Below, in pieces: positions 34,435-43,729 of a DNA stretch of 48,686 nucleotides (its first letter is position 1; every line of letters starts with the position of its first letter). The notes under the pieces are model-generated. The model was not told the DNA's origin, ran no database searches, and was given only the letters and a program-made list of their open reading frames with translations. The position numbers and the translations under genes are program-made. The DNA is from Minisyncoccota bacterium (GTDB lineage Bacteria; Patescibacteriota; Minisyncoccia; Phycocordibacterales; Phycocordibacteraceae): positions 1-48,686 of the forward strand of contig JALHPI010000003.1 of assembly GCA_022842585.1 (NCBI GenBank), in the 5' to 3' direction.

Positions 34435-35358
34435 CTAACGAGTTTTAATCCACTGGTAAATATCTTCGAGCGCCTTCACCGCATCTCCCGCAGCGATGTT
34501 GTTCTGGTGGTAGAGCTCGTCCGTACAGTCTCCCGCAGCCCACACGCCCTCCACGCTCGTATGCTGATTCTTCGGGTCGGTGACGACGCGTCCTACTTCA
34601 TCAAGTTTCACTAACTCTTTTGCGAAGTCGGTGTTCGGCATGACGCCTACTTCGACAAAGATGCCGGTCGTCGCAAGCTCGCGCTGTTCCTTGGTATCCA
34701 AGTCCTCTATAACGAGCGCGTTTACAAATTTCTCACCTTTTACTTCCACGGGAGCCGTATGGAGAAGCGCGGTCATCTTAGGGTTTGCGAGTACTTTTTC
34801 TACGGTAATGGCATCGGCCTTGAAAGAATGACGGCGGTGGAGGAGTGTGACGGACTTCGCGTAGGCGAGGAGCTGAGCGGCCGTTTCAAAGCCAGCATTC
34901 CCGCCGCCGATAACCACGACGTCTTGGTCGGCGAATAGAGGGCCATCGCATGAGGCACAGTAGGTGACGCCCTTATGCTCAAAGGCGTCTGCACCCGGTA
35001 CTTCAAGGCGTCTGCGGGCCGCGCCCGAAGCGATAAGCACTGCAGTCGCTTCAAAGGACTTTCCTCCCGTTGTGGTCGCCTTGAATCCCCCATCCACTTT
35101 CTCAAGCTTTGCGACACGCTCCCCGATGACGCTTTCAAGCTTGTCTGCTTTATATGCTTCCAGATGCTCCTTCAGGGATTTTGCAAGGTCTGCGCCAGAA
35201 ATATTTACCGTACCTATCCAGTTCTGTATACCTTCAGAAACGGTGGACTGTCCACCGATTTCTTCCGCGATGAGCACGCTTTTAAGATGCTTGCGAGCGG
35301 CATATACGCCCGCCGCTATACCTGCTGGTCCGCCCCCGATGATGATTAGATCGTTCAT
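34435..35358 (-). CDS. trxB: Thioredoxin reductase / AhpF C-terminal-like FAD oxidoreductase
   Basis: IIGGGPAG, YCASCDG, VIGGGNAG, AAGD. Confidence 0.9.
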   Translation of the reverse strand: MNDLIIIGGGPAGIAAGVYAARKHLKSVLIAEEIGGQSTVSEGIQNWIGTVNISGADLAKSLKEHLEAYKADKLESVIGERVAKLEKVDGGFKATTTGGKSFEATAVLIASGAARRRLEVPGADAFEHKGVTYCASCDGPLFADQDVVVIGGGNAGFETAAQLLAYAKSVTLLHRRHSFKADAITVEKVLANPKMTALLHTAPVEVKGEKFVNALVIEDLDTKEQRELATTGIFVEVGVMPNTDFAKELVKLDEVGRVVTDPKNQHTSVEGVWAAGDCTDELYHQNNIAAGDAVKALEDIYQWIKTR

Positions 35359-35422
35359 AGTCCGTGCAGTATATCAAAAAATTTATCTACCTGCTTCAGA
35401 ACCTCCTACACCACCTTCTAAA

Positions 35423-35442
35423 TGATATGATATATCATATCA
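35423..35442. promoter_or_regulatory. Perfect 20-bp palindrome upstream of trxB
   Basis: TGATATGATATATCATATCA, identical to 20171-20190. Confidence 0.6.
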
Positions 35443-35555
35443 TTTTAATACAGGGGTATGTACCACAAGGTAAAGGAAAAGGCGGTCAACGAGCGTGAGA
35501 TCTCGTTAACCGCCTCCTGCGCCCCTAGGCGACTTTTTTCGGACCCTACCAGTCC

Positions 35556-35657
35556 TTAGCTAGCTGAACCGCCATCGCCATTTTGGCGAATGAGAACGGT
35601 GCCGCCGTCGATGCCGTCGCCGTCGGGCTCCGGGTTGTATGTGTGTTGCGTGCGCAT
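35556..35657 (-). CDS. Candidate 33-aa peptide
   Basis: AAGGAG SD 7 nt upstream; MRTQHTYNPEPDGDGIDGGTVLIRQNGDGGSAS*. Confidence 0.4.
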   Translation of the reverse strand: MRTQHTYNPEPDGDGIDGGTVLIRQNGDGGSAS

Positions 35658-35938
35658 AATCTTTCTCCTTCTGCGCGTTGCACCAATTGTTTCAGCCGGA
35701 AATGCACCGGCCTCCACATATAAAAGACTACACCTCAGTAAGTAAAAAACAACGCAGGTTTCCTTTTCCCACGGAGCGAGGAGTGCGGTTCGGAAGATTC
35801 GGAAGAGTAGAGAAGCTGGTCAGGCATGGTGTTTTGGTATCCCTATGCGCGAAGCGCTATACCAAAACCTGACCGCGGAACTTAGAAAACCACCCGCTGG
35901 GGTGGTTTTCGCTCTTCCGAACTGCGCTCCGAGTGGAG

Positions 35939-37174
35939 CTATTTTTTGTTGCGACGGAGGAAGCTCGGAATCGCTCCACCCCATGAGTCATCATCTTCCA
36001 CAATCGGTTTTATGACCTCTACCGGCTTCTCGCTTCTGGCAGTCACGATAGGCTCCGGACGCTCTTTCTTCGGCTCATCATCAAGAGTAGCGGCCTTCTC
36101 GGGCTTTGGCATTTCGTTATAAATCTTGCCACGGACCTGTTCCTGCTCCTGCTTTGGCATGGAGAAAAGGGAACGCTCCGCAGGCGCGAGGTGCGACACA
36201 GCGCCTTCCATCGCGTGTTCTGGGAAACCGGTCGCGATGACGATGATGCGGATTTGACCTTTCTTAAGCTTCTCGTCGCGCATGATACCGAAGATAATCT
36301 TCGCGTTCTTATCAACCGACTCGCCGATGACTTTTGCCGCTTCCTGGACTTCCAAGATACCGAGGTCTTCGGCACCGGCGACGACGAAGAGGATACCTCG
36401 TGCGCCATTGATGGAAACATCGAGCAATGGGGAATTGACGGCGGCTGCGGCGGCGTCGCGTGCGCGGTTGTCACCCTCGGCGACACCAATACCCATGAGG
36501 GCCGGACCTGCGCCTTCCATAATCGCCTTGATGTCGTTGAAGTCGGTGTTGATTTCTCCCGGAGTAGTGATGACATCAGAGACGCCTTCCACCGCCTGAC
36601 GGAGGATTTCGTCACAGAGCGCAAACGCGCTCTTTGCGGTCGTGTTCGCTTCGACGATAGAGAGGAGCTTGTCGTTCGGAATGACGAGGAACGCATCCAC
36701 TTCTTTTTTCAGTTCGGAGAGGCCGCGGTCGGCTATTTCCGAGCGCTGTGCGCCTTCAAAAGCAAACGGCTTAGTGACCACGGCGACGGTGAGTGCGCCG
36801 AGCTCTTTTGCGATTTTTGCGACGATAGCGGATGCGCCGGTGCCGGTGCCACCGCCCATACCGCAGGTGATGAATACCATGTCGGAACCCTGGAGCGATT
36901 CCTGGATTTCCTGGCGCGTTTCTTCTGCTGCACGACGTCCGAGTTCCGGATTCATACCAGCACCAAGTCCGCGAGTCAGGTTCTTTCCGATGTGGATTTT
37001 GCGCTTTGCGAGAGAACGGTGGAGGTCTTGGGCATCAGTGTTTATCGCGACGAACTCTACGCCTTTCACTTTGCAGTTGATCATGTGATTCACTGCATTT
37101 AGTCCGGAACCGCCCACTCCGACGACGCGGATGCGCGCAAAGGTCTCAATCTCTGGAATGACGCGTTTAGACAT
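35939..37174 (-). CDS. ftsZ: Cell division protein FtsZ
   Basis: VGVGGSG, NTDAQ, GMGGGTGTG, C-terminal IPSFLR. Confidence 0.98.
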   Translation of the reverse strand: MSKRVIPEIETFARIRVVGVGGSGLNAVNHMINCKVKGVEFVAINTDAQDLHRSLAKRKIHIGKNLTRGLGAGMNPELGRRAAEETRQEIQESLQGSDMVFITCGMGGGTGTGASAIVAKIAKELGALTVAVVTKPFAFEGAQRSEIADRGLSELKKEVDAFLVIPNDKLLSIVEANTTAKSAFALCDEILRQAVEGVSDVITTPGEINTDFNDIKAIMEGAGPALMGIGVAEGDNRARDAAAAAVNSPLLDVSINGARGILFVVAGAEDLGILEVQEAAKVIGESVDKNAKIIFGIMRDEKLKKGQIRIIVIATGFPEHAMEGAVSHLAPAERSLFSMPKQEQEQVRGKIYNEMPKPEKAATLDDEPKKERPEPIVTARSEKPVEVIKPIVEDDDSWGGAIPSFLRRNKK

Positions 37175-37383
37175 AGGTAGGTTTTATAAAAATAAGGGCC
37201 CGTAAATAGTACTCCCGCAAAAGAGCTTTTCTTCGGAACGCTGTGCCCGCACAGTTGATTTATCATACTCCTCGGCGTAGCAGGTGCAAATGTTGCCACT
37301 ACCTATGTAAATGTGTTCTAAAAGTCCTCGCTTGCCGGACTACTATCGTTCAGGCGAAGACACCCTGCACTACCGTAGTCCGC

Positions 37384-37518
37384 CGCTCGTCTCCCCATAA
37401 GAATAGGGACCCATATCCTAAGAATTTTGGGGGTACCCCCATTCCTATGGGGGAAGCGAGCGGCCGATTATGTAAGCGAAGTTGTCTTCAACTGAGCAAA
37501 AATAATCGGGTAAGCGAG
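37384..37518 (-). repeat. Stop-codon-associated repeat, copy B (after ftsA), plus an inverted partial copy at 37384-37412
   Basis: GGGGGTACCCCCATTCCTATGGGGGAAGCGAGCG...GGTAAGCGAG abutting the stop; CGCTCGTCTCCCCATAAGAATAGGGACCC in the opposite orientation. Confidence 0.75.
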
Positions 37519-38691
37519 CTATGGAAGGAACTGACGGAAAAAGCGCTTCAGCATCTTACCTGCCTCCGTAACGGTCGCGTTCCCACGCCGCGGAGCGTCT
37601 GTGTCTCCAGTAAGGCCCCAGAGTGCGATGCCGTAGGCGACCGCCCAGGTGGCGTCGCGCACCTTCGACTCCCCCGCTACCTGCATTTCCGCGATGCGTG
37701 AAGGGAGTGCGAGCGTGCCTTTCGCTATGTCCGTGATGGAGCCTTGGCCCGAGCCTCCGCCTGAAAGGATGATGCCGGCAGGGAGGTTGCCACGCTTACC
37801 GAGCGCTTTCAGATGCTGGTCGATGAGATTGAACATGGCGCGGAATTTCGAAGCGATGATATCGTCCACTTTTTTCTTCGGATACATCGCACCCGAAAGA
37901 CGACCCATCTTTATGCGCTCCGCGTCTTCAAGCGATACTCGGAATCCGAGTGCGAGTTCATCCGTGATGGATGCGCCACCCGACGGAAATACTTTTACGG
38001 ATACGGGTACGTTTTCGTCGTACACGACGATGGAGAGCGTTTCGGCGCCGATGTTCGCCAACACGCAGCCTTTCATCTTCTGGTCTTTCGAGAGAGTGAC
38101 GTATGAGCCTGCGAGAGGAGATGCCATGCAATCGAGCACTTCCACATCCGCAGCTTCCACCGCGTTCGTGAGCGTGTCGGCGTGGCTTTCAAGGCAGGTG
38201 ATAAAAAGATAGTCGCCTTCAAGGCGCGTACCGCGTAGTCCAATCGGGTCACCAAGCACCTTGTTCCCATCGACGCGGAATTCAATGGGGATTTCGTGGA
38301 GGATACGGCGGTTTAAAAATTGCGGCTGCGCGACGTGTCGGGCGCTCTCAAGCGCCTTTTCCAAATCAAGGTCGGTGACTTCCTGATCGGCCCGCGAGAT
38401 GACTGACGTACCGGTAGCGCGCGCCTCATCAAGGGAAATACCGCCGATAGCGAGGAACGCGTTCTTTATGGGGATGCGCGCGATGTTTTCCGCTTGGCGG
38501 CGCGCATTTTTCACGGTCGCTGCGACGTCCTCCGCGTCGACCACGTAGCCGTGGCGCATACCCGCAGACGAGGCAAGACCGGTACCGATGATTTTAAGCT
38601 CTGACGACTTACCGGTTACGACCTCTTCAACGACCACGACTTTCGTCTGGTGCGTTCCGATGTCTATTCCGGTTGCTATTCGTCGAGGCAT
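37519..38691 (-). CDS. ftsA: Cell division protein FtsA
   Basis: GIDIGT, NIGAET, GGASITD, GIILSGGG; upstream of ftsZ. Confidence 0.95.
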   Translation of the reverse strand: MPRRIATGIDIGTHQTKVVVVEEVVTGKSSELKIIGTGLASSAGMRHGYVVDAEDVAATVKNARRQAENIARIPIKNAFLAIGGISLDEARATGTSVISRADQEVTDLDLEKALESARHVAQPQFLNRRILHEIPIEFRVDGNKVLGDPIGLRGTRLEGDYLFITCLESHADTLTNAVEAADVEVLDCMASPLAGSYVTLSKDQKMKGCVLANIGAETLSIVVYDENVPVSVKVFPSGGASITDELALGFRVSLEDAERIKMGRLSGAMYPKKKVDDIIASKFRAMFNLIDQHLKALGKRGNLPAGIILSGGGSGQGSITDIAKGTLALPSRIAEMQVAGESKVRDATWAVAYGIALWGLTGDTDAPRRGNATVTEAGKMLKRFFRQFLP

Positions 38692-39085
38692 GTGGAGCAT
38701 TTCGCGAACTACTAATAATGCGAGCAAGCAGTGCTCGTTCCTTCTTCTCCATTGTAGGCCCGTGTGGGTATCCTTTCAAATGCATGAGTGCGTGGATAAA
38801 CAAAAAGCCGACGAATTGCGAGTACGGCATGTCGTAGGAAGGTGCTTGCTTTTCCGCTTCTTCAAGGCAAATAATGATTTCCCCACTTCTCTTTCCGGTT
38901 TCGTATGAGAGTACATTTGGTACGTATTTTTTTCGACGCAGATTCCAGTTCAAGGTCTTTGCGCGCGTCGCGCCCGCAAACACCAGAGAGATATCCCAAG
39001 CAGGCAGTACGGCTTTTACCGCTTCCTCGTACGCAAAACGAGGCGCAGGGCGCCTCGTCATGTTCCGTGTATCAAGAGTACTCAT
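38627..39085 (-). CDS. ybeY: Endoribonuclease YbeY
   Basis: LN...R.K..PNVLSY, GEIII, HALMHLKGYPH. Confidence 0.9.
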   Translation of the reverse strand: MSTLDTRNMTRRPAPRFAYEEAVKAVLPAWDISLVFAGATRAKTLNWNLRRKKYVPNVLSYETGKRSGEIIICLEEAEKQAPSYDMPYSQFVGFLFIHALMHLKGYPHGPTMEKKERALLARIISSSRNAPHASTNSNRNRHRNAPDESRGR

Positions 39086-39109
39086 CAGGGGATGAGCCGG
39101 GGAAGCGAA

Positions 39110-39373
39110 TTAACGCTTGCGACCCTTTCCGCGAGGAGCCGAAAGGTCAATCTTTCCGAGCTTTACGAGCTCATTGAACTTAGCGCGGCGCTCGCCGGAA
39201 ACCATGGCGCGCTTATGGTCGACGTTCTTCGACTTCTGGCGTTCAAAGTACCGCTTCTTGCGCATCATGCGCACGAGGTTAAGACCCTGCGCGCGGCGGG
39301 AAAAGCGTCGGATAAGAGAAGCGGCGGATTCGTTTTTACCGCGCTTAACCTCTACGCGTATAGCGTTCATCAT
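39110..39373 (-). CDS. rpsU: 30S ribosomal protein bS21
   Basis: Basic; EVKRGKNES..SLIRRFSR...RYFER. Confidence 0.8.
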   Translation of the reverse strand: MMNAIRVEVKRGKNESAASLIRRFSRRAQGLNLVRMMRKKRYFERQKSKNVDHKRAMVSGERRAKFNELVKLGKIDLSAPRGKGRKR

Positions 39374-39444
39374 AGTGAAACTAATCTACCACGCGCACTC
39401 TATGTGTGCAACAAAATAATCTTGTATCTTGACTCCTATCATCT

Positions 39445-39527
39445 GGGGTCCCCATTCCTATGGGGGAGCGAGCGACGAGGACGAAAATGAGGACGTCTCG
39501 TCCGAGTGGGAGTCTTCGGTAAGCGAG
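39445..39527 (-). repeat. Stop-codon-associated repeat, copy C (after the HisRS-like gene)
   Basis: GGGGTCCCCATTCCTATGGGGGAGCGAGCG...GGTAAGCGAG abutting the stop codon. Confidence 0.75.
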
Positions 39528-40691
39528 CTAAGCTACTGCCCTTAAACGGTCTACCAGAGTGTCGAACGGAATAAACGTCTCGGTATGGGTCGCGCGCTCC
39601 CGGAGGATGACTGAGCGCTCGAGTGCCTCTTTTCGGCCCATGATGACAAGGTAGCGGGGGTTCAGCTCGTCGGCGACGCGCATCTGCTCAGTGAGGCTTT
39701 CAACACCGAGTACCTGGGTCATCGGGATGCGCGCCTTACGGAGGCTATCCGCCATTTTTATGCTTTCGCGCTTCGCTTCGTCGCCGATGTGGACGAAGAC
39801 GAACCGAGGCGTGCTTTTTTCCTTTACGGGAGTTATGGAAGGTCCTTTCTTTCCTCCTGTAAGCGCGTCGGCAGTGATGCGGATAACGGCACCCACTGAG
39901 GAAGGAATCGATTTGAAGAAGTGCTTCGCGAGGTCGTTGTAGCGGGAGCCCCATGCGTTGAAGCGTTCGCCTGCCGTGACTTCAAAACAGGTTTCATTCC
40001 AAGTACCGCCGCGCGAAAGAAGCTGAGGTGCAAGTTCGTACGGAGTCTCGGTCGATTCAAGGTACTCAAGCACGGATTCGAAATGCTTGCGGCTCGCTTC
40101 CGAGAGATGGTCGGTCGAGCTTGGAAGGCCGTCGCATTCAGGGGTTGCAATCAAGAGCTCGGCTGCGGCGAACACGTCTTTCTTTGCGCAGTCGGTGCAC
40201 TCTGCCGGAAGCGTATTACCGCGCTTGCGGAAGAATGACGCAAGCTCGCGCGCAAGACGGCCGCGCGTCTCGCGATCGCCCATGGAATTGAGACGGAGAC
40301 GGGAATCGAGTTTCGTGATGTCGGTTGCAAGCGAACGAATCGCGCGTATAAGTACGGCATCCGCAATCGCGCGGTCAGCGCCGAGCGCGTGGAATTGGAT
40401 AACGATTTGTTTCGGAGCCTGGCGTCCTGCCGTGATGTTCGTGTGCCAGAGAAAGAGCGGACGGCCAAGCGAAGGGGCAAGCCCCGCATCGCGCACCTGC
40501 TTCAGAAATGCGGCTACTTCGCGCGCGTGCGGGTCGAGTGTGTCGACGGCGAGACTTTCCGGGTATGCCGCCTTAGTGCCGTTTCCGCGGTTTTTATGCG
40601 CCGCGGAAGCAAGTGATTCAAATCCGTAGTAGGTTCCCACCGCATGTGCGCGGCGTAGTACGTCGGAAGGTTCTATCGTAAGCGTGCTCAT
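39528..40691 (-). CDS. Degenerate histidyl-tRNA synthetase paralogue with anticodon-binding domain
   Basis: LNSMGD, HFESVLEYL, GSRYNDLA, SL..QMR.AD...YLVIMG..E; class II motif 2 not recognisable. Confidence 0.75.
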   Translation of the reverse strand: MSTLTIEPSDVLRRAHAVGTYYGFESLASAAHKNRGNGTKAAYPESLAVDTLDPHAREVAAFLKQVRDAGLAPSLGRPLFLWHTNITAGRQAPKQIVIQFHALGADRAIADAVLIRAIRSLATDITKLDSRLRLNSMGDRETRGRLARELASFFRKRGNTLPAECTDCAKKDVFAAAELLIATPECDGLPSSTDHLSEASRKHFESVLEYLESTETPYELAPQLLSRGGTWNETCFEVTAGERFNAWGSRYNDLAKHFFKSIPSSVGAVIRITADALTGGKKGPSITPVKEKSTPRFVFVHIGDEAKRESIKMADSLRKARIPMTQVLGVESLTEQMRVADELNPRYLVIMGRKEALERSVILRERATHTETFIPFDTLVDRLRAVA

Positions 40692-41227
40692 TGTGGAAGT
40701 ACGACGGCTCCAGGAAGCACGCCCGCCTGTGCTACCGGATATACGCGAAAGTATGCGCGACCAATGATGTCTTCTTTCGGAAGCGGGCCCCACACGCGCG
40801 AGTCCGAGCTTTTCGGGCGATTGTCGCCCATAACGAAGTACTGCTCATTGCCCAGCATGGCGTCGAGTGTGTAGGTAGCGTCCTCGTCGATAACGTACGG
40901 CTCAGCCAAGGTCGTTTTTTCCCCGTTTACGTGGGTGACCGTGACGATGCCGCGTTCTATGGACACCGTTTCTCCTGGGAGGCCGATGATGCGCTTGATA
41001 TAGAAAACGGACGGATTGCCTGGATAGCGGAACACGACGACATCGCCGCGAACGGGGTTGTTGAAGCGGTAGGAAATTTCATCGATGATGAGGTAATCCT
41101 TGTCTTTAAACGTAGGGTACATGGAGAGTCCCTCGACGACGAACGGTTGTGCGATGAAGACGCGCACCGGAACGACTATAAGCACCGCGAGAATCACTAG
41201 TGTGAAAATCTCCTTAAGTGCTCGCAT
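40688..41227 (-). CDS. lepB: Signal peptidase I
   Basis: SMYPT, RGDVVVF, YIKRIIGLPGE, MGDNRPKSSDSR. Confidence 0.95.
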   Translation of the reverse strand: MRALKEIFTLVILAVLIVVPVRVFIAQPFVVEGLSMYPTFKDKDYLIIDEISYRFNNPVRGDVVVFRYPGNPSVFYIKRIIGLPGETVSIERGIVTVTHVNGEKTTLAEPYVIDEDATYTLDAMLGNEQYFVMGDNRPKSSDSRVWGPLPKEDIIGRAYFRVYPVAQAGVLPGAVVLPQ

Positions 41228-41273
41228 TGCAACGCATTGTACGCCTCACTTTTTTCCGTGCAAGTTTTCATTC

Positions 41274-41431
41274 GCTTGCTCAAAATAAAAGGCAGCATCG
41301 CCTTACAGGGCGCACGTTGCGTGTTGTCGCCGTATAGCAGAAAATCCTTAAAGCGCTTCGCTAGTCAGGATTTTCCGATACGGCTCTGCACGCAACGGCT
41401 GCTTTCAGGAAGCCTTTTATTTTGAGCAAGC
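41274..41431 (+). repeat. ~155-nt multibranched structured repeat, copy 2
   Basis: Perfect 20-bp closing IR GCTTGCTCAAAATAAAAGGC; motifs CGCCTTACAGGGCGC, TAAAGCGCTTCGCTAGTC, CGGCTGCTTTCAGGAAG. Confidence 0.75.
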
Positions 41432-41474
41432 TCATTCCATGTGTATATGATGCACGTGATAGAATCGAGCCATC

Positions 41475-42071
41475 ATGGGATTCGTCATCATGGGCCTTGG
41501 AAATACGGGTAAGGAGTATGAGAAGACGCGACACAATGCGGGTCGACTCGCGGTAGAGCTTTTTGCGAAGAAGAACGACTTCCCTGCTTTTGTATTGAAT
41601 AAGACGGCAAAGGCGCTCGTGTCGCAGGGAGTGCTCGACGGGGAAAAAGTCACGCTCGTACTTCCGGAAACGATGATGAATTTATCGGGGAAGTCGGCAC
41701 CCGCATTCGTGAAGAGTGTGAAAGCAGCGAAGCAGCTTTTGGTAGTGCAAGACGAGCTGGATTTGCCGCTTGGAACTTTGAAAATGGTATTCGGTAGGAA
41801 CTCAGGCGGACACAAGGGAGTGGAAAGCATCATGCGCGCACTGAAAACGAAGGATTTCGCCCGACTACGTATCGGGATTTCAGGAGCGGGGAAGAAGCAT
41901 CAGGCAAAGAAACCGTCGGGAGAGGAAAAGGTGGTGAAGCACGTCATCGGGAAATTCAAACCTGCCGAAGAAGCGGTACTGAAGAAGTCGCTTAAGCATT
42001 CTGTAGAGGCCATGACCTATTTCGTGACGGAAGGAATCGAAAAGGCTACAATGGAGGCTAATACACGGTAG
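41475..42071 (+). CDS. pth: Peptidyl-tRNA hydrolase
   Basis: GLGN...Y..TRHNAG, MNLSG, DELDLP, GGHKG, RLRIGI. Confidence 0.95.
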   Translation: MGFVIMGLGNTGKEYEKTRHNAGRLAVELFAKKNDFPAFVLNKTAKALVSQGVLDGEKVTLVLPETMMNLSGKSAPAFVKSVKAAKQLLVVQDELDLPLGTLKMVFGRNSGGHKGVESIMRALKTKDFARLRIGISGAGKKHQAKKPSGEEKVVKHVIGKFKPAEEAVLKKSLKHSVEAMTYFVTEGIEKATMEANTR

Positions 42072-42073
42072 GT

Positions 42074-42838
42074 ATGCAATTGGGATTTGAAATTTTCCGG
42101 ACACGTTTTGCCCGCGACATTGTCGCGGAGTTTCTTCCAGCAGTAGGCACCTCGAACAAGGTCGCCATACTTTCAAGTGGTGCGCCGGGGTATCCGGGCG
42201 GGAAGCGCGAGCTCATGGAGATGCTCTCGAAGCGCGGGTACTGGGCTATCGTGCCTCGCTATCGCGGTACGTGGGAGAGCGACGGCACATTCCTCGAGTT
42301 CCCGCCTTCCGAGGACATCAAACTCATTATGGACGAGGTGGGTACGGAATTCGTGGACGTATGGAGCGGCACCGAGCATCGAGTGCATGAGCCTGAGTTC
42401 TATCTTCTGGGCGGATCTTTCGGCGGACCGTCCGCAGTACTGAATTCCGCTGACCCGAGAGTAAAGAAAGCGGTCGCTATTTCTTCCGTTGTCGATTGGC
42501 GTGAGCAAGAGCATACGGTGGAACCGCTCGACTTGATGAATGAGTACGTTCCAAAGGCGTTCGGCGTCGCCTACCGAGCGGGCGATGGGGCATGGCAGAA
42601 ACTTGCTGAAGGAAATTTTTACAATCCGGTGACGGAACGCGAAAAAGTGGACGGCAAAAAACTCATGTTCATACATGCTGCGGACGACCGGGTCGTGCAT
42701 GCGGCACCCGCACGTGCGTTTGCGAAAGAAATCGGCGCGCAGTACATCGAGCTCTCGTCTGGCGGTCATATGGGCGTAGGGAAGGCGCATGAGCCACACC
42801 TGTGGAAGCACATAGAGAAGTTTTTGAAAGCAAAATAA
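42074..42838 (+). CDS. Alpha/beta hydrolase
   Basis: RYRGTWESDG, GGSFGG nucleophile elbow, HAADD, GGH. Confidence 0.85.
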   Translation: MQLGFEIFRTRFARDIVAEFLPAVGTSNKVAILSSGAPGYPGGKRELMEMLSKRGYWAIVPRYRGTWESDGTFLEFPPSEDIKLIMDEVGTEFVDVWSGTEHRVHEPEFYLLGGSFGGPSAVLNSADPRVKKAVAISSVVDWREQEHTVEPLDLMNEYVPKAFGVAYRAGDGAWQKLAEGNFYNPVTEREKVDGKKLMFIHAADDRVVHAAPARAFAKEIGAQYIELSSGGHMGVGKAHEPHLWKHIEKFLKAK

Positions 42839-42844
42839 AAGGGA

Positions 42845-42985
42845 GCGCATGCATTCAGTATGAATGCATGCGCGAACACTTTCGCAAGACTTTAAGGGGA
42901 GTGAATGTGCGTAAAGCGCACATTCACGGACACTTACGCATAAAATTTGACGGTCTTTACCGCGTCAAATTTTAGGCGCTCGCGG
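42845..42985 (+). repeat. Hairpin-GACACTWCGCA-like repeat (one partial and one full copy)
   Basis: Palindrome + GAACACTTTCGCA; palindrome + GGACACTTACGCAT + hairpin + AGGCGCTCGCGG. Confidence 0.65.
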
Positions 42986-43086
42986 GCATTCTTCGAAAAA
43001 GTTAGGCGTCGTTAACATCCCGCTCGTACCTTTAAATTTCTCCACAATAGGTGCATACTCTGCGCCAGAGTGCGGAGGACTGTTCT

Positions 43087-43668
43087 ATGAAAAAGACACT
43101 GACCACTCTCGTAGCGTTCAGGGCATTCTTGGACGAGCACGGAATCGACTACTCGACGTGGGGTGAAGGCCCTACGAAGACGGTCGAACGACTTTTCTAT
43201 GAGTACTTGTCGGGCGAAACGACGTTCATCTTGCGAAAAAAACGCCTGCTACGCGTAGTAAAACGGGTGCAAATCCTCGTGTACTACAAGACCCGCAAGG
43301 GTACGCTTTTCAAGCTCATTGAGAAGCGTCAGGTATTTAGAAACGGAGGAGTGCGCATGCGCTCCCGCAGGCGAAGCCTGAGCGAGAAGATGCCTGTTGG
43401 GGAAAAGGGTATGGACGCAGCAATGCGCGCCTTAAAAGAAGAAATCGGCGTCGCCGGTCTCGACCCCACCGTCTTTAAACAGCTCAAATCAATCAGGCAG
43501 GGAAAGCCGAAGAGCTCGAGGTCCTACCCAGGACTTCCGAGTATCCACTTCGGTCCCCGTTTCAAAGTCATGATGCCTAGTGCGTTCTACGAGCGCGCAG
43601 GGTATGACGAAGTGCAGCAAGACAAGACGACCGAATTCCGTTGGCGTGTGATGCGCAAGCGGAAGTAA
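43087..43668 (+). CDS. Basic hypothetical protein with a degenerate NUDIX-like segment
   Basis: SEKM..GE....AAMRALKEEIG resembles a NUDIX box. Confidence 0.65.
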   Translation: MKKTLTTLVAFRAFLDEHGIDYSTWGEGPTKTVERLFYEYLSGETTFILRKKRLLRVVKRVQILVYYKTRKGTLFKLIEKRQVFRNGGVRMRSRRRSLSEKMPVGEKGMDAAMRALKEEIGVAGLDPTVFKQLKSIRQGKPKSSRSYPGLPSIHFGPRFKVMMPSAFYERAGYDEVQQDKTTEFRWRVMRKRK

Positions 43669-43729
43669 CGGAAAACGCCGGCCCCCACTTGGGCCGGCGT
43701 TCACCATGTATATCTTGTGTCAGTTTTTA

